This document shows, piece after piece, positions 37,948-47,594 of a DNA stretch of 50,801 nt. A program made the position numbers and the translations under genes. The stretch is from the NCBI GenBank assembly GCA_944363835.1, contig CALVVJ010000002.1, positions 1 through 50,801 on the forward strand, written 5' to 3'. Below the pieces are notes generated by a model. It was not told the origin of the DNA and did not search any database. It saw only the letters and a list, made by a program, of their open reading frames with translations. Origin of the DNA: an uncultured Bacilli bacterium. Its GTDB lineage: Bacteria; Bacillota_I; Bacilli_A; RF39; UBA660. How positions within the stretch are numbered: the stretch's first letter is position 1; each line of letters opens with the position of its first letter.

Positions 37948-38370
37948 TCACTCAAATTTAAACAAATTAAGTCCAATTTCTTCGTCAAAATATCTATCTA
38001 CCCTGCCATCAATAATATTGATAATCATTTCACAAGTAGCACTAACAATGGCTCTATTCAAGTGTCCTCCGAATACTTTACCTGTATCATCACCAGCACT
38101 CATATGTAAATGTGTATAAAATTCATCATTCATCGTATTTATTGTTCCCGTCAATGATACAATTTCATAATATCCTTTAAATTCATTACTATAATACTTC
38201 TTTTCATCAGTCTTATATACTCCCACTGTAAAATCACAAACAGCCCCTAAAGCGCTGATACTTGCTAATTTTATATTTTCTTTTAAAGCAATTTCTTTTA
38301 CTTTATCAAGTATTTCTTCCCCCTTATCAATTCTAGCAACAACAGTATTTCCAAATCTTTTATATTCCAT
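37948..38370 (-). CDS. PPC (DUF296) domain protein
   Basis: Layout typical of DUF296: ...ISALGAV..., HLHMS.G..G.V.GGHL. Confidence 0.7.
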   Translation of the reverse strand: MEYKRFGNTVVARIDKGEEILDKVKEIALKENIKLASISALGAVCDFTVGVYKTDEKKYYSNEFKGYYEIVSLTGTINTMNDEFYTHLHMSAGDDTGKVFGGHLNRAIVSATCEMIINIIDGRVDRYFDEEIGLNLFKFE

Positions 38371-38448
38371 AACTTTTCCTCCTTAATAATTATACAATAC
38401 TTGCTTATATTTTACAAAATATTTATAATACTTATGAGGTGTTTGTTA

Positions 38449-38925
38449 ATGTTAGTAACTCATGAATTATCCCCAATATACGATAAATATTCTAAAGTTT
38501 TAATTTTAGGAACAATTCCCAGTGTCAAATCTAGAGAAATAGGATTTTACTATGCACATCCCTCAAATAGATTTTGGCCCATATTAGAAAATCTATTTAA
38601 CACTAAATTATCAACTAAGGAAGAAAAAATAGAATTCTTAAATAAAAATCACATAGCTTTATGGGATGTCTTTAAATCTTGTGATATTCATGCATCAAGT
38701 GATGCTTCAATCAAAAACTATGAACTAAATGATATCAATATGATAACGAATATTGCTAATATTAAAGCTATCTTTTGCACTGGAAAAACAGCTTATACCA
38801 ATCTAATTAAAAACTATAAAACAAAAATACCAATATTTTGTCTTCCTAGTCCATCTAGTGCCAATGCAACATTTAAATTAAATGATTTAATAAAGGAATA
38901 TAACAAAATCAAAGAATATATATGA
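38449..38925 (+). CDS. UDG-superfamily DNA glycosylase (hypoxanthine/deoxyinosine-DNA glycosylase type)
   Basis: VLILGTIPS, FYYAHPSNRFW and the C-terminal LPSPSSAN motif. The ATG at 38449 follows GAGGTG. Confidence 0.65.
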   Translation: MLVTHELSPIYDKYSKVLILGTIPSVKSREIGFYYAHPSNRFWPILENLFNTKLSTKEEKIEFLNKNHIALWDVFKSCDIHASSDASIKNYELNDINMITNIANIKAIFCTGKTAYTNLIKNYKTKIPIFCLPSPSSANATFKLNDLIKEYNKIKEYI

Positions 38926-39024
38926 CATTTTGTCATGTATTTTTCTATTAAAAAATCAAAACTTATTACCACAATTTCAAATATCTTCAAAAGTTTTTGG
39001 TTGAATTGGAAAAATTCCGCCAAT

Positions 39025-39060
39025 TTAAAAGTTTTTCCAATCTACTGGAAAAACTTTTAA
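39025..39060. terminator. bidirectional terminator with a perfect 14-bp stem
   Basis: TTAAAAGTTTTTCC-8nt-GGAAAAACTTTTAA, between convergent genes. Confidence 0.8.
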
Positions 39061-39061
39061 A

Positions 39062-39664
39062 TTATCTTTTTAAACTTGCGTTTTCTTTTCTTGCATAATA
39101 TTCATCTAAAGTAATGCCTTCTTCATATAATTCACGAGCAAGTTCTAAACCAACAAATCTAAAATGCCATGGTTCAAATTGAAATCCTGTAATTTCTTCT
39201 TTACCCTTAGGATATCTTAAAACAAATCCATATTTATAAGAATTATTAGCAAGCCACACTGCTTCTTTATCTTCTTCTTTTACATCATCATCAAATACAC
39301 CATCACGATAATATGCTATATCAAAAGCTAAACCCGTTTGGTGTTCACTAGCCCCCGGCAAAGCTGCTTTTTGATATGCAGCATCACCTAATTCAGCAAT
39401 TAATTTATCTAAAACCTTTTGTTGATAATTATATGACCTATATCCACTATCGATAATAAATTCAATCCCTTCTTTTTTAGCATCTTCCATCATTTTTTGC
39501 GCAAATGGATAAATATCTCTTCTTATCATAGGTTTTAATCTAGGATCTTGATACCCATGAAAATTATTTTCATTTTGATCAGTTATAATCAAATCTTTAG
39601 GATAATAATCACTTGGAAGCAAATTTTCTTTATTAACTAAAATATCTATTGGTAAATCATTCAT
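39062..39664 (-). CDS. M15 (VanY-type) D-alanyl-D-alanine carboxypeptidase
   Basis: SGYRSY, SEHQTGLAFD and EPWHFRF zinc and catalytic motifs. Confidence 0.85.
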   Translation of the reverse strand: MNDLPIDILVNKENLLPSDYYPKDLIITDQNENNFHGYQDPRLKPMIRRDIYPFAQKMMEDAKKEGIEFIIDSGYRSYNYQQKVLDKLIAELGDAAYQKAALPGASEHQTGLAFDIAYYRDGVFDDDVKEEDKEAVWLANNSYKYGFVLRYPKGKEEITGFQFEPWHFRFVGLELARELYEEGITLDEYYARKENASLKR

Positions 39665-40875
39665 AAATTAAACTCTCCACTCTTAAATATTAATTTTTCT
39701 CCATATTTGGTTTCCGCTACTATGTTTAAATCATCAGTCCCAATCATGAAATCGACATGATTTTGCGAGTGATTTAATCCCCTTTCTCTTCTTTTTTCAA
39801 TACTTTCTACATCAGCTCCTTTTAAACATTCTGGGAAAGCATCTCCAAGTGCTATATGACAAGAGGCATTTTCATCCAAACAAGTTTCACCATAAACAAA
39901 ATTAGTTTGGGCAATCGCCGTATTCTTATCAACTAAGGCACACTCTCCTAAAAAGCAAGAATATTCATCGCTTTCAATAATTCCTTTTAATATTTCTTTT
40001 CCTACTTTTGCATCATAATCTATTACTTTACCATCTTTAAACTTAACCCAAAATTTATCCACCAAAGCTCCCCCATACATAAGAGGTTTAGATGCATAAA
40101 CAATACCTTCCGTTAATCTATAATCCGGTGAAGTAAATACTTCATAAGTTGGCATATTAACTATTACATCTTCTCCTTCATAACCAGCACATTGCCATAA
40201 TGCATCAGAAGATAATCCAATCACCAAATCTGTTCCCAAAGAATTTGTATAATGCATCTTAGTAATTTGTAACTCATTTAATTTACTTACTAACATTCTT
40301 TGCCTATCTAAAAACTTATTCCATTCTTCTATTGGATTATCTTTATCAACCATTGTACATTGACACATCAATTTAAAGTATTCATTATAAGCATCTTCTT
40401 CACTTAAATTTGGAAATTTTTCTTTAGCCCAAATCTTATTAGGAATAACTGCAATACACCAAGATATATCATTAGTCAATTGTTTTAATTTATATATTGG
40501 TTTACTAGTTCTAGACTTTAAAGATGCTGCAGTCATATTTTCCGCTGGAACATCACTAAAATATCCTGGAAATTCAGTTGATAGCATCAAGAAAGCAGCA
40601 TCTTTTTTGGCATATTCATCCCAAATGCTATCATCAAAATAATTATCGTTATTAATTTTCTCAACACTTTGAAGTAGTTTTTGATGTCTTTCTTCTTTAT
40701 CATTTCTATCTAAATAAATATCCTCAATTCCTCTAGATTTTGCAGCATTTACTAGTTTTTCTACAAAAGCATCATTATCACTATAATAATTAATAAACAA
40801 TGAATTGCTTTTTTTAAAACTCAAACATCTATTAATCAATAAATCGACGTATTTATTTTCTAATTCTTCAATCAT
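39661..40875 (-). CDS. M29-family aminopeptidase (AmpS/PepS-like)
   Basis: Size and C-terminal blocks (HIALGDAF, NHSQNHVDFMIG) are typical of M29. It overlaps the downstream gene by 4 nt. Confidence 0.8.
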   Translation of the reverse strand: MIEELENKYVDLLINRCLSFKKSNSLFINYYSDNDAFVEKLVNAAKSRGIEDIYLDRNDKEERHQKLLQSVEKINNDNYFDDSIWDEYAKKDAAFLMLSTEFPGYFSDVPAENMTAASLKSRTSKPIYKLKQLTNDISWCIAVIPNKIWAKEKFPNLSEEDAYNEYFKLMCQCTMVDKDNPIEEWNKFLDRQRMLVSKLNELQITKMHYTNSLGTDLVIGLSSDALWQCAGYEGEDVIVNMPTYEVFTSPDYRLTEGIVYASKPLMYGGALVDKFWVKFKDGKVIDYDAKVGKEILKGIIESDEYSCFLGECALVDKNTAIAQTNFVYGETCLDENASCHIALGDAFPECLKGADVESIEKRRERGLNHSQNHVDFMIGTDDLNIVAETKYGEKLIFKSGEFNL

Positions 40876-40922
40876 TTATATCACCCAATAAAAGTATAGC
40901 ACAAAAACAAGATAAAATTCTA

Positions 40923-41309
40923 TTATTCTATTGTAAATTCAGCTGCTATATGTCTATTGGTATATGGATTTTTTTCATTCGAGAAACCCTTAACTATTCT
41001 ATATTTGCCTTTTTCTAATGGACCATAAAGCCATTCCCAATCAACTTCCATAGTTAAAGTATTATCTTCTCCAACCAAGTGGCCAATAGCGTGCCAGCCA
41101 ACATCACCAGCAACTATATCTTCAAGTTCATACCACTTTCCATCTTTTTGTTTATCAATTCTATACCACTCACCATAAGTATTATTTTCTTCAGATAAAT
41201 CGGTAATAACAATTGTTGCTCCCGTATTTGTAAGGGTTCCTTCAACAATTTCCATAGTAATATTATCAGCTGGATTAAATTCTGCTTCACTAGTTTTTAA
41301 TAGTGACAT
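40923..41309 (-). CDS. beta-rich extracytoplasmic-type domain protein; the upstream anchor is out of frame
   Basis: 128-aa ORF. An in-frame hydrophobic stretch (RVIVICGILVICIIGVII) lies upstream without a start codon. The RBS-preceded ATG at 41369-41371 is one base out of frame across an A6 run. Confidence 0.6.
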   Translation of the reverse strand: MSLLKTSEAEFNPADNITMEIVEGTLTNTGATIVITDLSEENNTYGEWYRIDKQKDGKWYELEDIVAGDVGWHAIGHLVGEDNTLTMEVDWEWLYGPLEKGKYRIVKGFSNEKNPYTNRHIAAEFTIE

Positions 41310-41423
41310 TATTATAACCCCAATAATACATATAACTAGTATTCCACATATAACAATAACTCTTTTTTCATATTTCCTCCTTTTCTAAATTATAACAAAA
41401 AAGACATGTTTTAAAACACATCT

Positions 41424-42449
41424 TTATTTCTTTGGATCAACTAAAATCTTAACCGCAGCATCAGTTCCACTAGTTAATCTTTCATACGCTTCTTGGACTC
41501 TTTCTAAAGGCACAATATCATCGACAAATTTTAGCACATCTACTTGCTTACGAGATATTAAATCAATACAAGACTTAAATTCATTATAAGTATAAGCAAT
41601 TGCCCCTTGAACAACTAACTCTTTCATGACTGCCATTACCGTATATGTTGGTACGGCATCAGTTGCAACACCAACTAACACAACAATACCACCAGGTTTA
41701 ACCATAGAAATCGCACTATTAACGGCAGCTCCATTACCAACACATTCAATAACTACATCAAATCCACCATTAGTTTTAGCCATCAATTTACTAACTAAAT
41801 CCTTATCAGTCGCATCATAATACTCGTCAGCAACTTTTAAATCGACAGCCTTTTGACCTCTTGCTTTGTTTGTTTCTGTAATAGCAACATAACTTGCCCC
41901 TTCTTTTTTGGCAAATTCTGCTGATGCTAGTCCAATAATGCCAGCACCAATTACTAAGACATCATCACCAACTGCAATTCTTCCCAAATGTGCCGCATGA
42001 AGCCCAACAGCAAGTGGTTCTACCATCGCTACTTCTTCATCTTGAATATTATCAGGTACTTTAATTACCATATCACTTCGAACAGCAATTTTACTAGTTA
42101 GTCCTCCAGGATTATCTAAAGATAATCCCACTGCATGGCTCCAAGTTTCTGGACAAAATTGCACATCACCATTTCGACATGCTTCACATTTACCACACGG
42201 CGAAATTGGAAGTGCCGTTACTCTATCACCTTTAACTAAATCCAAACGGTCTCCAGGATCTACTACAACCCCAGCAAATTCATGTCCCATTACTAAACCT
42301 TTAGGTTCTCCATTTACCCAATAATGAATATCAGAACCACATATACCTGTTTTACTTACTTCAATTATTACTTTTTCTCCATCTGCTTTTGGTTCTGAAA
42401 TATCTTTTATTTCAAATTGTTTTACCCCTTTGATAGCTACAGCCTTCAT
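41424..42449 (-). CDS. zinc-dependent medium-chain alcohol / polyol dehydrogenase
   Basis: GICGSDIHYW, GHEFAGVV, structural-Zn Cys cluster CGKCEAC, and Rossmann motif GAGIIGL. Confidence 0.9.
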   Translation of the reverse strand: MKAVAIKGVKQFEIKDISEPKADGEKVIIEVSKTGICGSDIHYWVNGEPKGLVMGHEFAGVVVDPGDRLDLVKGDRVTALPISPCGKCEACRNGDVQFCPETWSHAVGLSLDNPGGLTSKIAVRSDMVIKVPDNIQDEEVAMVEPLAVGLHAAHLGRIAVGDDVLVIGAGIIGLASAEFAKKEGASYVAITETNKARGQKAVDLKVADEYYDATDKDLVSKLMAKTNGGFDVVIECVGNGAAVNSAISMVKPGGIVVLVGVATDAVPTYTVMAVMKELVVQGAIAYTYNEFKSCIDLISRKQVDVLKFVDDIVPLERVQEAYERLTSGTDAAVKILVDPKK

Positions 42450-42563
42450 AACTACCTCCTTATCATATTAATTATATCACACCTAAAAATAAACAATATA
42501 ATAACTAAATTTTTATTTACATAATATTGTCATTCATTATATAATTATGAAGGAGGAAATAAC

Positions 42564-43316
42564 ATGATTACAATAAAAAATGTAACCAAAAAATTTATTA
42601 AAACAAACAAGAAAAAAGAACGTCATGAATTTACGGCTGTAAACAATTTATCATTTGATGTTTTAGAAGGAGAAATATTAGGCATCCTTGGCCCAAATGG
42701 CGCCGGAAAAACGACGTTACTTCGCATGATTGCAGGAATTATGACACCCAACACTGGGACAATTACCATTGATGACTTAACTTATGAAGAAAATGAAACT
42801 GATATCAAAAAAATGATTGCTTATCTATCAGGCAACACTAAAATCTATGGAACAATATCTCCTTATGAACTACTTAAAATGTGTGCTGAAATTTATGATG
42901 TTCCAACTAGTGAAATTGATACTCGCATCAAAGAAATCAGCAAAATACTTAATATGGATTCATTCTTATATAATAGAATCGAAAAATTATCCACTGGCCA
43001 AACACAACGAGTAAACATTGCCAGATGCATGATTCATAATCCTAAATATTACATACTAGATGAAGCAACCAGTGGCCTAGATATTATAACTAGCCAAATA
43101 ATACTAAATTTTATAAAAGATGAAAAAGAAAAAGGCAAAACTATCCTTTATTCAACTCATTATATGGAAGAAGCGGAAAACATCTGTGATAAAATTATCA
43201 TGATTAATAAAGGAAAAATAATTACTACTGGAACTCCAGAACAAATTAAAAAAGAAACTAAAACAACTAATCTTCGCGATGCTTTCTTCGCTTTAGTAGG
43301 TGATACTCATGAATAA
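42564..43316 (+). CDS. ABC transporter ATP-binding protein (NatA-like)
   Basis: Walker A GPNGAGKTT, signature LSTGQ, Walker B ILDEATSGLD. Confidence 0.9.
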   Translation: MITIKNVTKKFIKTNKKKERHEFTAVNNLSFDVLEGEILGILGPNGAGKTTLLRMIAGIMTPNTGTITIDDLTYEENETDIKKMIAYLSGNTKIYGTISPYELLKMCAEIYDVPTSEIDTRIKEISKILNMDSFLYNRIEKLSTGQTQRVNIARCMIHNPKYYILDEATSGLDIITSQIILNFIKDEKEKGKTILYSTHYMEEAENICDKIIMINKGKIITTGTPEQIKKETKTTNLRDAFFALVGDTHE

Positions 43317-44454
43317 AACATTACTTATTTTAAAAAAGGAATTAAGAGAATTATTCCGTGATAAAAAATCATTAGCTATGATGCTAATAATACCTATTTT
43401 TATTCCTTTAATAATTATTGGTATGTCAGCACTTTTTCAAAGTCAAACAGAGGCCGATATTACCACTTATAATAAAATTGGTTTTAACTATGAATTAAGC
43501 CCAGCTGAAATTGAAATACTAGATAGTTTAGAAATAGACTATACGGTTGCTTCAACCGAAGAGTTAGAAAATAGTTTTAACAACAAAGAACTAAACAGTT
43601 ATATAACTAAAGAAAATAATAACTATATAATCAATTATGATGAAGCTAACATCGAAAGCTCCCAAGCGGCTTCCATGGCTCAAAGTTACTTAGAAAGTTA
43701 TAAATCAGTACTTGAGGCTAATTACCTAACAAATAATAATATCAATGTTGATGAATTTAATAACCTACTTACTTATGAACAAAAAAGTATTGAACAACAA
43801 AATTTCTATAGTAATTACATCGTAAATTATGCATTTCTATTTATCCTTATGGCAATAACTGTATCTGCTACATATCCAGCAACAGATGCTACTGCTGGTG
43901 AAAAAGAAAGAGGAACTTTAGAAACACTTCTAACATTTCCAATCAAAAGTAAAGACATCATTATAGGTAAGCTACTTAGTGTTACACTATCATCAATAAT
44001 AACAGGCTTACTTAGCCTAATACTAGCAATTCTTTCTATTATCTACATTCAAAATACTTTTGATATTTATAATGGTACTAACTTACTTAATGCTCCAATA
44101 ATTATTAGTTCTATAATAATTATCATCGCATTTTCTATAATGATTAGTGGTTTATGTATAGCAATAGCAAGTATGTCTAAAACATTTAAAGAAGCTCAAA
44201 GTGCTTTAACCCCTCTTACATTCATTGCATTTTTCCCAGGTATGATAGCATTCATGCTAAACATATCAAGTAATTGGTTACTATCAATAATTCCTTTTAT
44301 TAACTTTAGTATTATATTTACAGATATTACTAACGGTAATCTAAACATATTAAATTTAATACTAATGTTTACATCAACTATATTAATTATTATATTAGTA
44401 ATTTATTACATAATAAAACAATATAAGTCTGAAAAAGTATTATTTACAAACTAA
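43309..44454 (+). CDS. ABC-2 type permease (NatB-like)
   Basis: N-terminal TM, a large extracytoplasmic loop, and a C-terminal TM bundle containing GEKERGTLE. The ATG at 43309 follows AGGTGA and overlaps the natA-like stop. Confidence 0.8.
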   Translation: MNKTLLILKKELRELFRDKKSLAMMLIIPIFIPLIIIGMSALFQSQTEADITTYNKIGFNYELSPAEIEILDSLEIDYTVASTEELENSFNNKELNSYITKENNNYIINYDEANIESSQAASMAQSYLESYKSVLEANYLTNNNINVDEFNNLLTYEQKSIEQQNFYSNYIVNYAFLFILMAITVSATYPATDATAGEKERGTLETLLTFPIKSKDIIIGKLLSVTLSSIITGLLSLILAILSIIYIQNTFDIYNGTNLLNAPIIISSIIIIIAFSIMISGLCIAIASMSKTFKEAQSALTPLTFIAFFPGMIAFMLNISSNWLLSIIPFINFSIIFTDITNGNLNILNLILMFTSTILIIILVIYYIIKQYKSEKVLFTN

Positions 44455-44487
44455 AACGTCAAGTATAATAACCAACTTGACGTTTTT
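44455..44487 (+). terminator. rho-independent terminator
   Basis: AACGTCAAG-12nt-CTTGACGTT running into TTTTT. Confidence 0.8.
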
Positions 44488-44506
44488 ATAAAAAGATATA
44501 ATCTAT

Positions 44507-44998
44507 CTATTCTTCTAACAACCAACTAATTATATTTTTGTGAATTATCCCATCTCTTGAAAAATCTGTTTTATCAAGAGATAATACATATTTCGGATAA
44601 TTATCATTAATTGTGTCAAATGCTGAAAATTCTCTACCAGTAGTATCAACAACATATTGAAGTAATAAATTAAATAATAAAGTATCTTTCAAACCTAATC
44701 TATCTACAACATCTCTTAATATAATTGAATCAAATACACTATATAAGTAATCTTTTATATTATCTTCATCATTAAATTCACATCTGTTAGGAAGCCCTCC
44801 CCATTTAACATAATTCCAAAAAGTCTCTTCATCTAAAGCCTTCTTTTTTGATAAAAGTGTAAATTCTTTATATGATAAGGGATAAATATTAAATAAAACA
44901 TATCTACCCGATAAAACAGTGGATAATTCTTGTGATAACAATTTACTATTTGATCCAGTTATAAATATACTAGTATTATCTGTAGATGCTCTTAAAGA
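44507..44998 (-). pseudogene. 5'-truncated remnant of an AAA-ATPase / DUF4143-family gene
   Basis: The in-frame sequence IFITGSNSKLLSQELSTVLSGRY...PLSYKEF is the middle of that family. The P-loop half is missing, with a stop at 44999-45001 directly upstream. The C-terminal part looks shortened. Confidence 0.55.
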
Positions 44999-45003
44999 TT
45001 AAA

Positions 45004-45035
45004 AATAGTTATTTCACTTCAACGAAATAACTATT
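45004..45035 (-). terminator. terminator hairpin after dapF
   Basis: AATAGTTATTTC-8nt-GAAATAACTATT, with a T-run on the minus strand. Confidence 0.6.
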
Positions 45036-45885
45036 TGTTTCTTATTAATTTGTATTCTCCAGTAAATACTTCAGTAGCACTACCACGCATAAAAACATGA
45101 TTATCTTGCGTTAGTGTTATATATAATTCTCCTCCTTTAAGGATAACTTTTATTTCTTGATCACGCTTAAATATATTGTTATAAATTGCTGCTACAACTG
45201 AAGCGCTAGCACCTGTCCCACAAGCAAGAGTTTCTCCACTACCTCGTTCCCAAACTCGCATCTTCATTGTCTTATCATCAATTACTTCAATAAATTCCGT
45301 ATTAGTTCGTTCCGGGAATATCTGATTATTTTCAAATAATGGGCCAATACTTTCTAAATCTAAATAGTCTATTCCATCTGTAAATATTACACAGTGCGGA
45401 TTACCCATTGAAACACAAGTTATTAAATATTCTTGGTTGTTAATAACAAGAGGATAATTTATAACTTGTTCTATATCTAAATCGACTGGTATTAGTTTAG
45501 AATCTAAAATAGGACTTCCCATATCTACTGTAACAGTATTGACATTTCCTTGAATTAATTCTAAACTTAATGTTTTGATACCTGATGCCGTTTCAATAGT
45601 TAAAGGATTATTTTTAGATATTCCATGTTCATAAACATATTTACCAACACATCTTATCCCATTGCCGCACATCTTACCTTCAGACCCATCGGCATTAAAC
45701 ATCCGCATTTTAGCATCAGCCACATCACTTGGCATAATAAATATTACACCATCTCCCCCAATACCTTTATGTCTATCACTCATAGCAACAATTTCATCAA
45801 TCATATCTTCGGGAATAACACATTCTTTAAAACAATCTATATAAATATAATCGTTTCCTATTCCATGCATTTTGGTAAACTGCAT
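45031..45885 (-). CDS. dapF: diaminopimelate epimerase
   Basis: MHGIGNDY, plus both catalytic Cys motifs CGNGIRC and ACGTGASA. Confidence 0.9.
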   Translation of the reverse strand: MQFTKMHGIGNDYIYIDCFKECVIPEDMIDEIVAMSDRHKGIGGDGVIFIMPSDVADAKMRMFNADGSEGKMCGNGIRCVGKYVYEHGISKNNPLTIETASGIKTLSLELIQGNVNTVTVDMGSPILDSKLIPVDLDIEQVINYPLVINNQEYLITCVSMGNPHCVIFTDGIDYLDLESIGPLFENNQIFPERTNTEFIEVIDDKTMKMRVWERGSGETLACGTGASASVVAAIYNNIFKRDQEIKVILKGGELYITLTQDNHVFMRGSATEVFTGEYKLIRNK

Positions 45886-45886
45886 G

Positions 45887-46732
45887 TTATTTCTTACTCC
45901 TTAGTTTTTTCTTTTCTACTAACTCAATATGTGGATAAGGTATTTCAATACCTTCTTCTGGAAATCTTTTATTTATAGCATAATTAAGTTGATACATATT
46001 TTCAAATACATCACTATTATTATCTCCCCAAACCCAAGTCCGTAGTTTAATTCCATCATCCCCTAATTCTAAGACTCTTACCTTAGGAAATTCTACATCT
46101 TTATTTCTTCCTTTAGGGTTAGGATGATACAATTTTTTCATTTCTTCTTTCAATATTTTTATAGCTTTATCAACATCAGATTCATAAGATATTTCATAAT
46201 CAACTAACTTGACATTTTCATTTTCACTATAGTTAAAATTTTCAATAGTATAAGTATTCATCTCACAATTAGGAATTATAACTCTTCTGTTATTAATTGT
46301 TCTAATAATTGTATGACGCATGGTAATGTCTTCTACTGTTCCACTTACAGCCTTATCGACACATTCAATAAAATCTCCAACTTCATATGGATTACCCAAA
46401 ACAATTGCCACACTACCAAAAAAATTCTTCAAACTTTCTTGAGCAGCTAAACCAACTACAACTGACCCAATTCCTAAACCAGATAAAATAGTTACTGAAA
46501 AAGAATTAAATACATCAAATTGGGTTAAACAAATAAGTATTGCTAATGCATAAATAACAAATTTCTTAATTCTTTTAACAAACATTAATAATGTAGTTAT
46601 ATTTTTCTTTCTTTTATGTCTAATTGTTCTATTAACAACTCCATCAATTACCTTATTTAGAACAAACGCTACTGTCAAGATAATAACAACAGCAATTACT
46701 TTATCTAAATACTTTTCCACAAAATTTTCCAT
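45887..46732 (-). CDS. MscS-family mechanosensitive channel
   Basis: Three TM segments, then GLAAQESLKNFFGS...GDFI, typical of the MscS pore and beta domain. Confidence 0.85.
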   Translation of the reverse strand: MENFVEKYLDKVIAVVIILTVAFVLNKVIDGVVNRTIRHKRKKNITTLLMFVKRIKKFVIYALAILICLTQFDVFNSFSVTILSGLGIGSVVVGLAAQESLKNFFGSVAIVLGNPYEVGDFIECVDKAVSGTVEDITMRHTIIRTINNRRVIIPNCEMNTYTIENFNYSENENVKLVDYEISYESDVDKAIKILKEEMKKLYHPNPKGRNKDVEFPKVRVLELGDDGIKLRTWVWGDNNSDVFENMYQLNYAINKRFPEEGIEIPYPHIELVEKKKLRSKK

Positions 46733-46765
46733 CTAATCACCTAATATAAGTATATCAAGAAATTT

Positions 46766-46794
46766 TTGACTTTACAAATAAATACTGCTATAAT
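46766..46794 (+). promoter_or_regulatory. near-consensus sigma-A promoter
   Basis: TTGACT (46766-46771), 17 nt, TGcTATAAT (-10 at 46789-46794). Confidence 0.6.
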
Positions 46795-46823
46795 AAGTTC
46801 TAATTTACAGAAAGGGGTTAACC

Positions 46824-47594
46824 ATGACAAAATATTTAACTATTGGAACTAATCAAATACTTGCCGATTTACATCAACCAATTAGAAATGGTCAAATAAA
46901 ACCTACTGGTGGTTTATGGGCAACAATCCATGACCCTAATTACCCTAATTATAATCCTTGGATCGAAATATTATCTCTTCATCCTCACATTTTATTTTAC
47001 AAAACTTTGCACAGAAATCCCTTTTTATTGCCGGCGTCATTAATTACTCTAACTGATAACGCCAATATCTTTACTATTAGCACACCTTATCAATTAGAAT
47101 TTTTAAAAAAATATTATCCTACTAGCGATAACTGGATTGACTTTGAAAAATTAAGTCAAGATTTTGATGGATTTTTTCTCGATTTAGATAATATCATAAA
47201 AGATTTATTACCAGATGATAGAGAAAAAGTTAAGGAATTTGCTGTAAGTACTTTAATCATTTTCAATCTTAATGCTATAAAACATTATCAAGAAGCAACT
47301 GTTGACATTGTACCATTTGACTTTGAATTTGAAAACGAATTTACAGAGTACCAAATTATTGTTGATGCCCAAATAAAGCAAATATCTGAAAAAAGTAATG
47401 AATTTGCTTCGCTAATTATTAATATAAAAAATCAAGAACCAACCAACTGGCCAATCCCTGAAGATTATATAACCCAAAAATATGACACTTTATTATCGAG
47501 TTTTGCAGAAAACTATAAAGAAAAATATCACTATTCCGAACCAACAGAAACTCTAAAACAATTATTAGCTCGTCGAATCTCCCGAAGTATTTAA
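46824..47594 (+). CDS. hypothetical protein
   Basis: 256-aa ORF with a GGGG RBS and no recognised motif. Confidence 0.55.
   Translation: MTKYLTIGTNQILADLHQPIRNGQIKPTGGLWATIHDPNYPNYNPWIEILSLHPHILFYKTLHRNPFLLPASLITLTDNANIFTISTPYQLEFLKKYYPTSDNWIDFEKLSQDFDGFFLDLDNIIKDLLPDDREKVKEFAVSTLIIFNLNAIKHYQEATVDIVPFDFEFENEFTEYQIIVDAQIKQISEKSNEFASLIINIKNQEPTNWPIPEDYITQKYDTLLSSFAENYKEKYHYSEPTETLKQLLARRISRSI

Noticed and set aside
36153-38925. Proximity of adenosine deaminase and a hypoxanthine/deoxyinosine-type DNA glycosylase as a functional inosine-handling pair
   Set aside because: The genes are on opposite strands, separated by two unrelated genes, and have their own signals. The thematic link is probably coincidental.
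38814-39023. 69-aa minus-strand ORF
   Set aside because: It is antisense to the 3' end of the glycosylase gene and extends into the hairpin-rich intergenic region upstream of the 14-bp-stem terminator. It has no RBS.
41424-42449. The alcohol dehydrogenase gene looks noticeably more GC-rich than its neighbours, which could hint at horizontal transfer
   Set aside because: My hand counts on a few 60-nt stretches give roughly 37-42% versus about 30% nearby. The protein is Gly/Ala/Val-rich and highly conserved, which by itself raises GC, and there are no flanking repeats or mobility genes.
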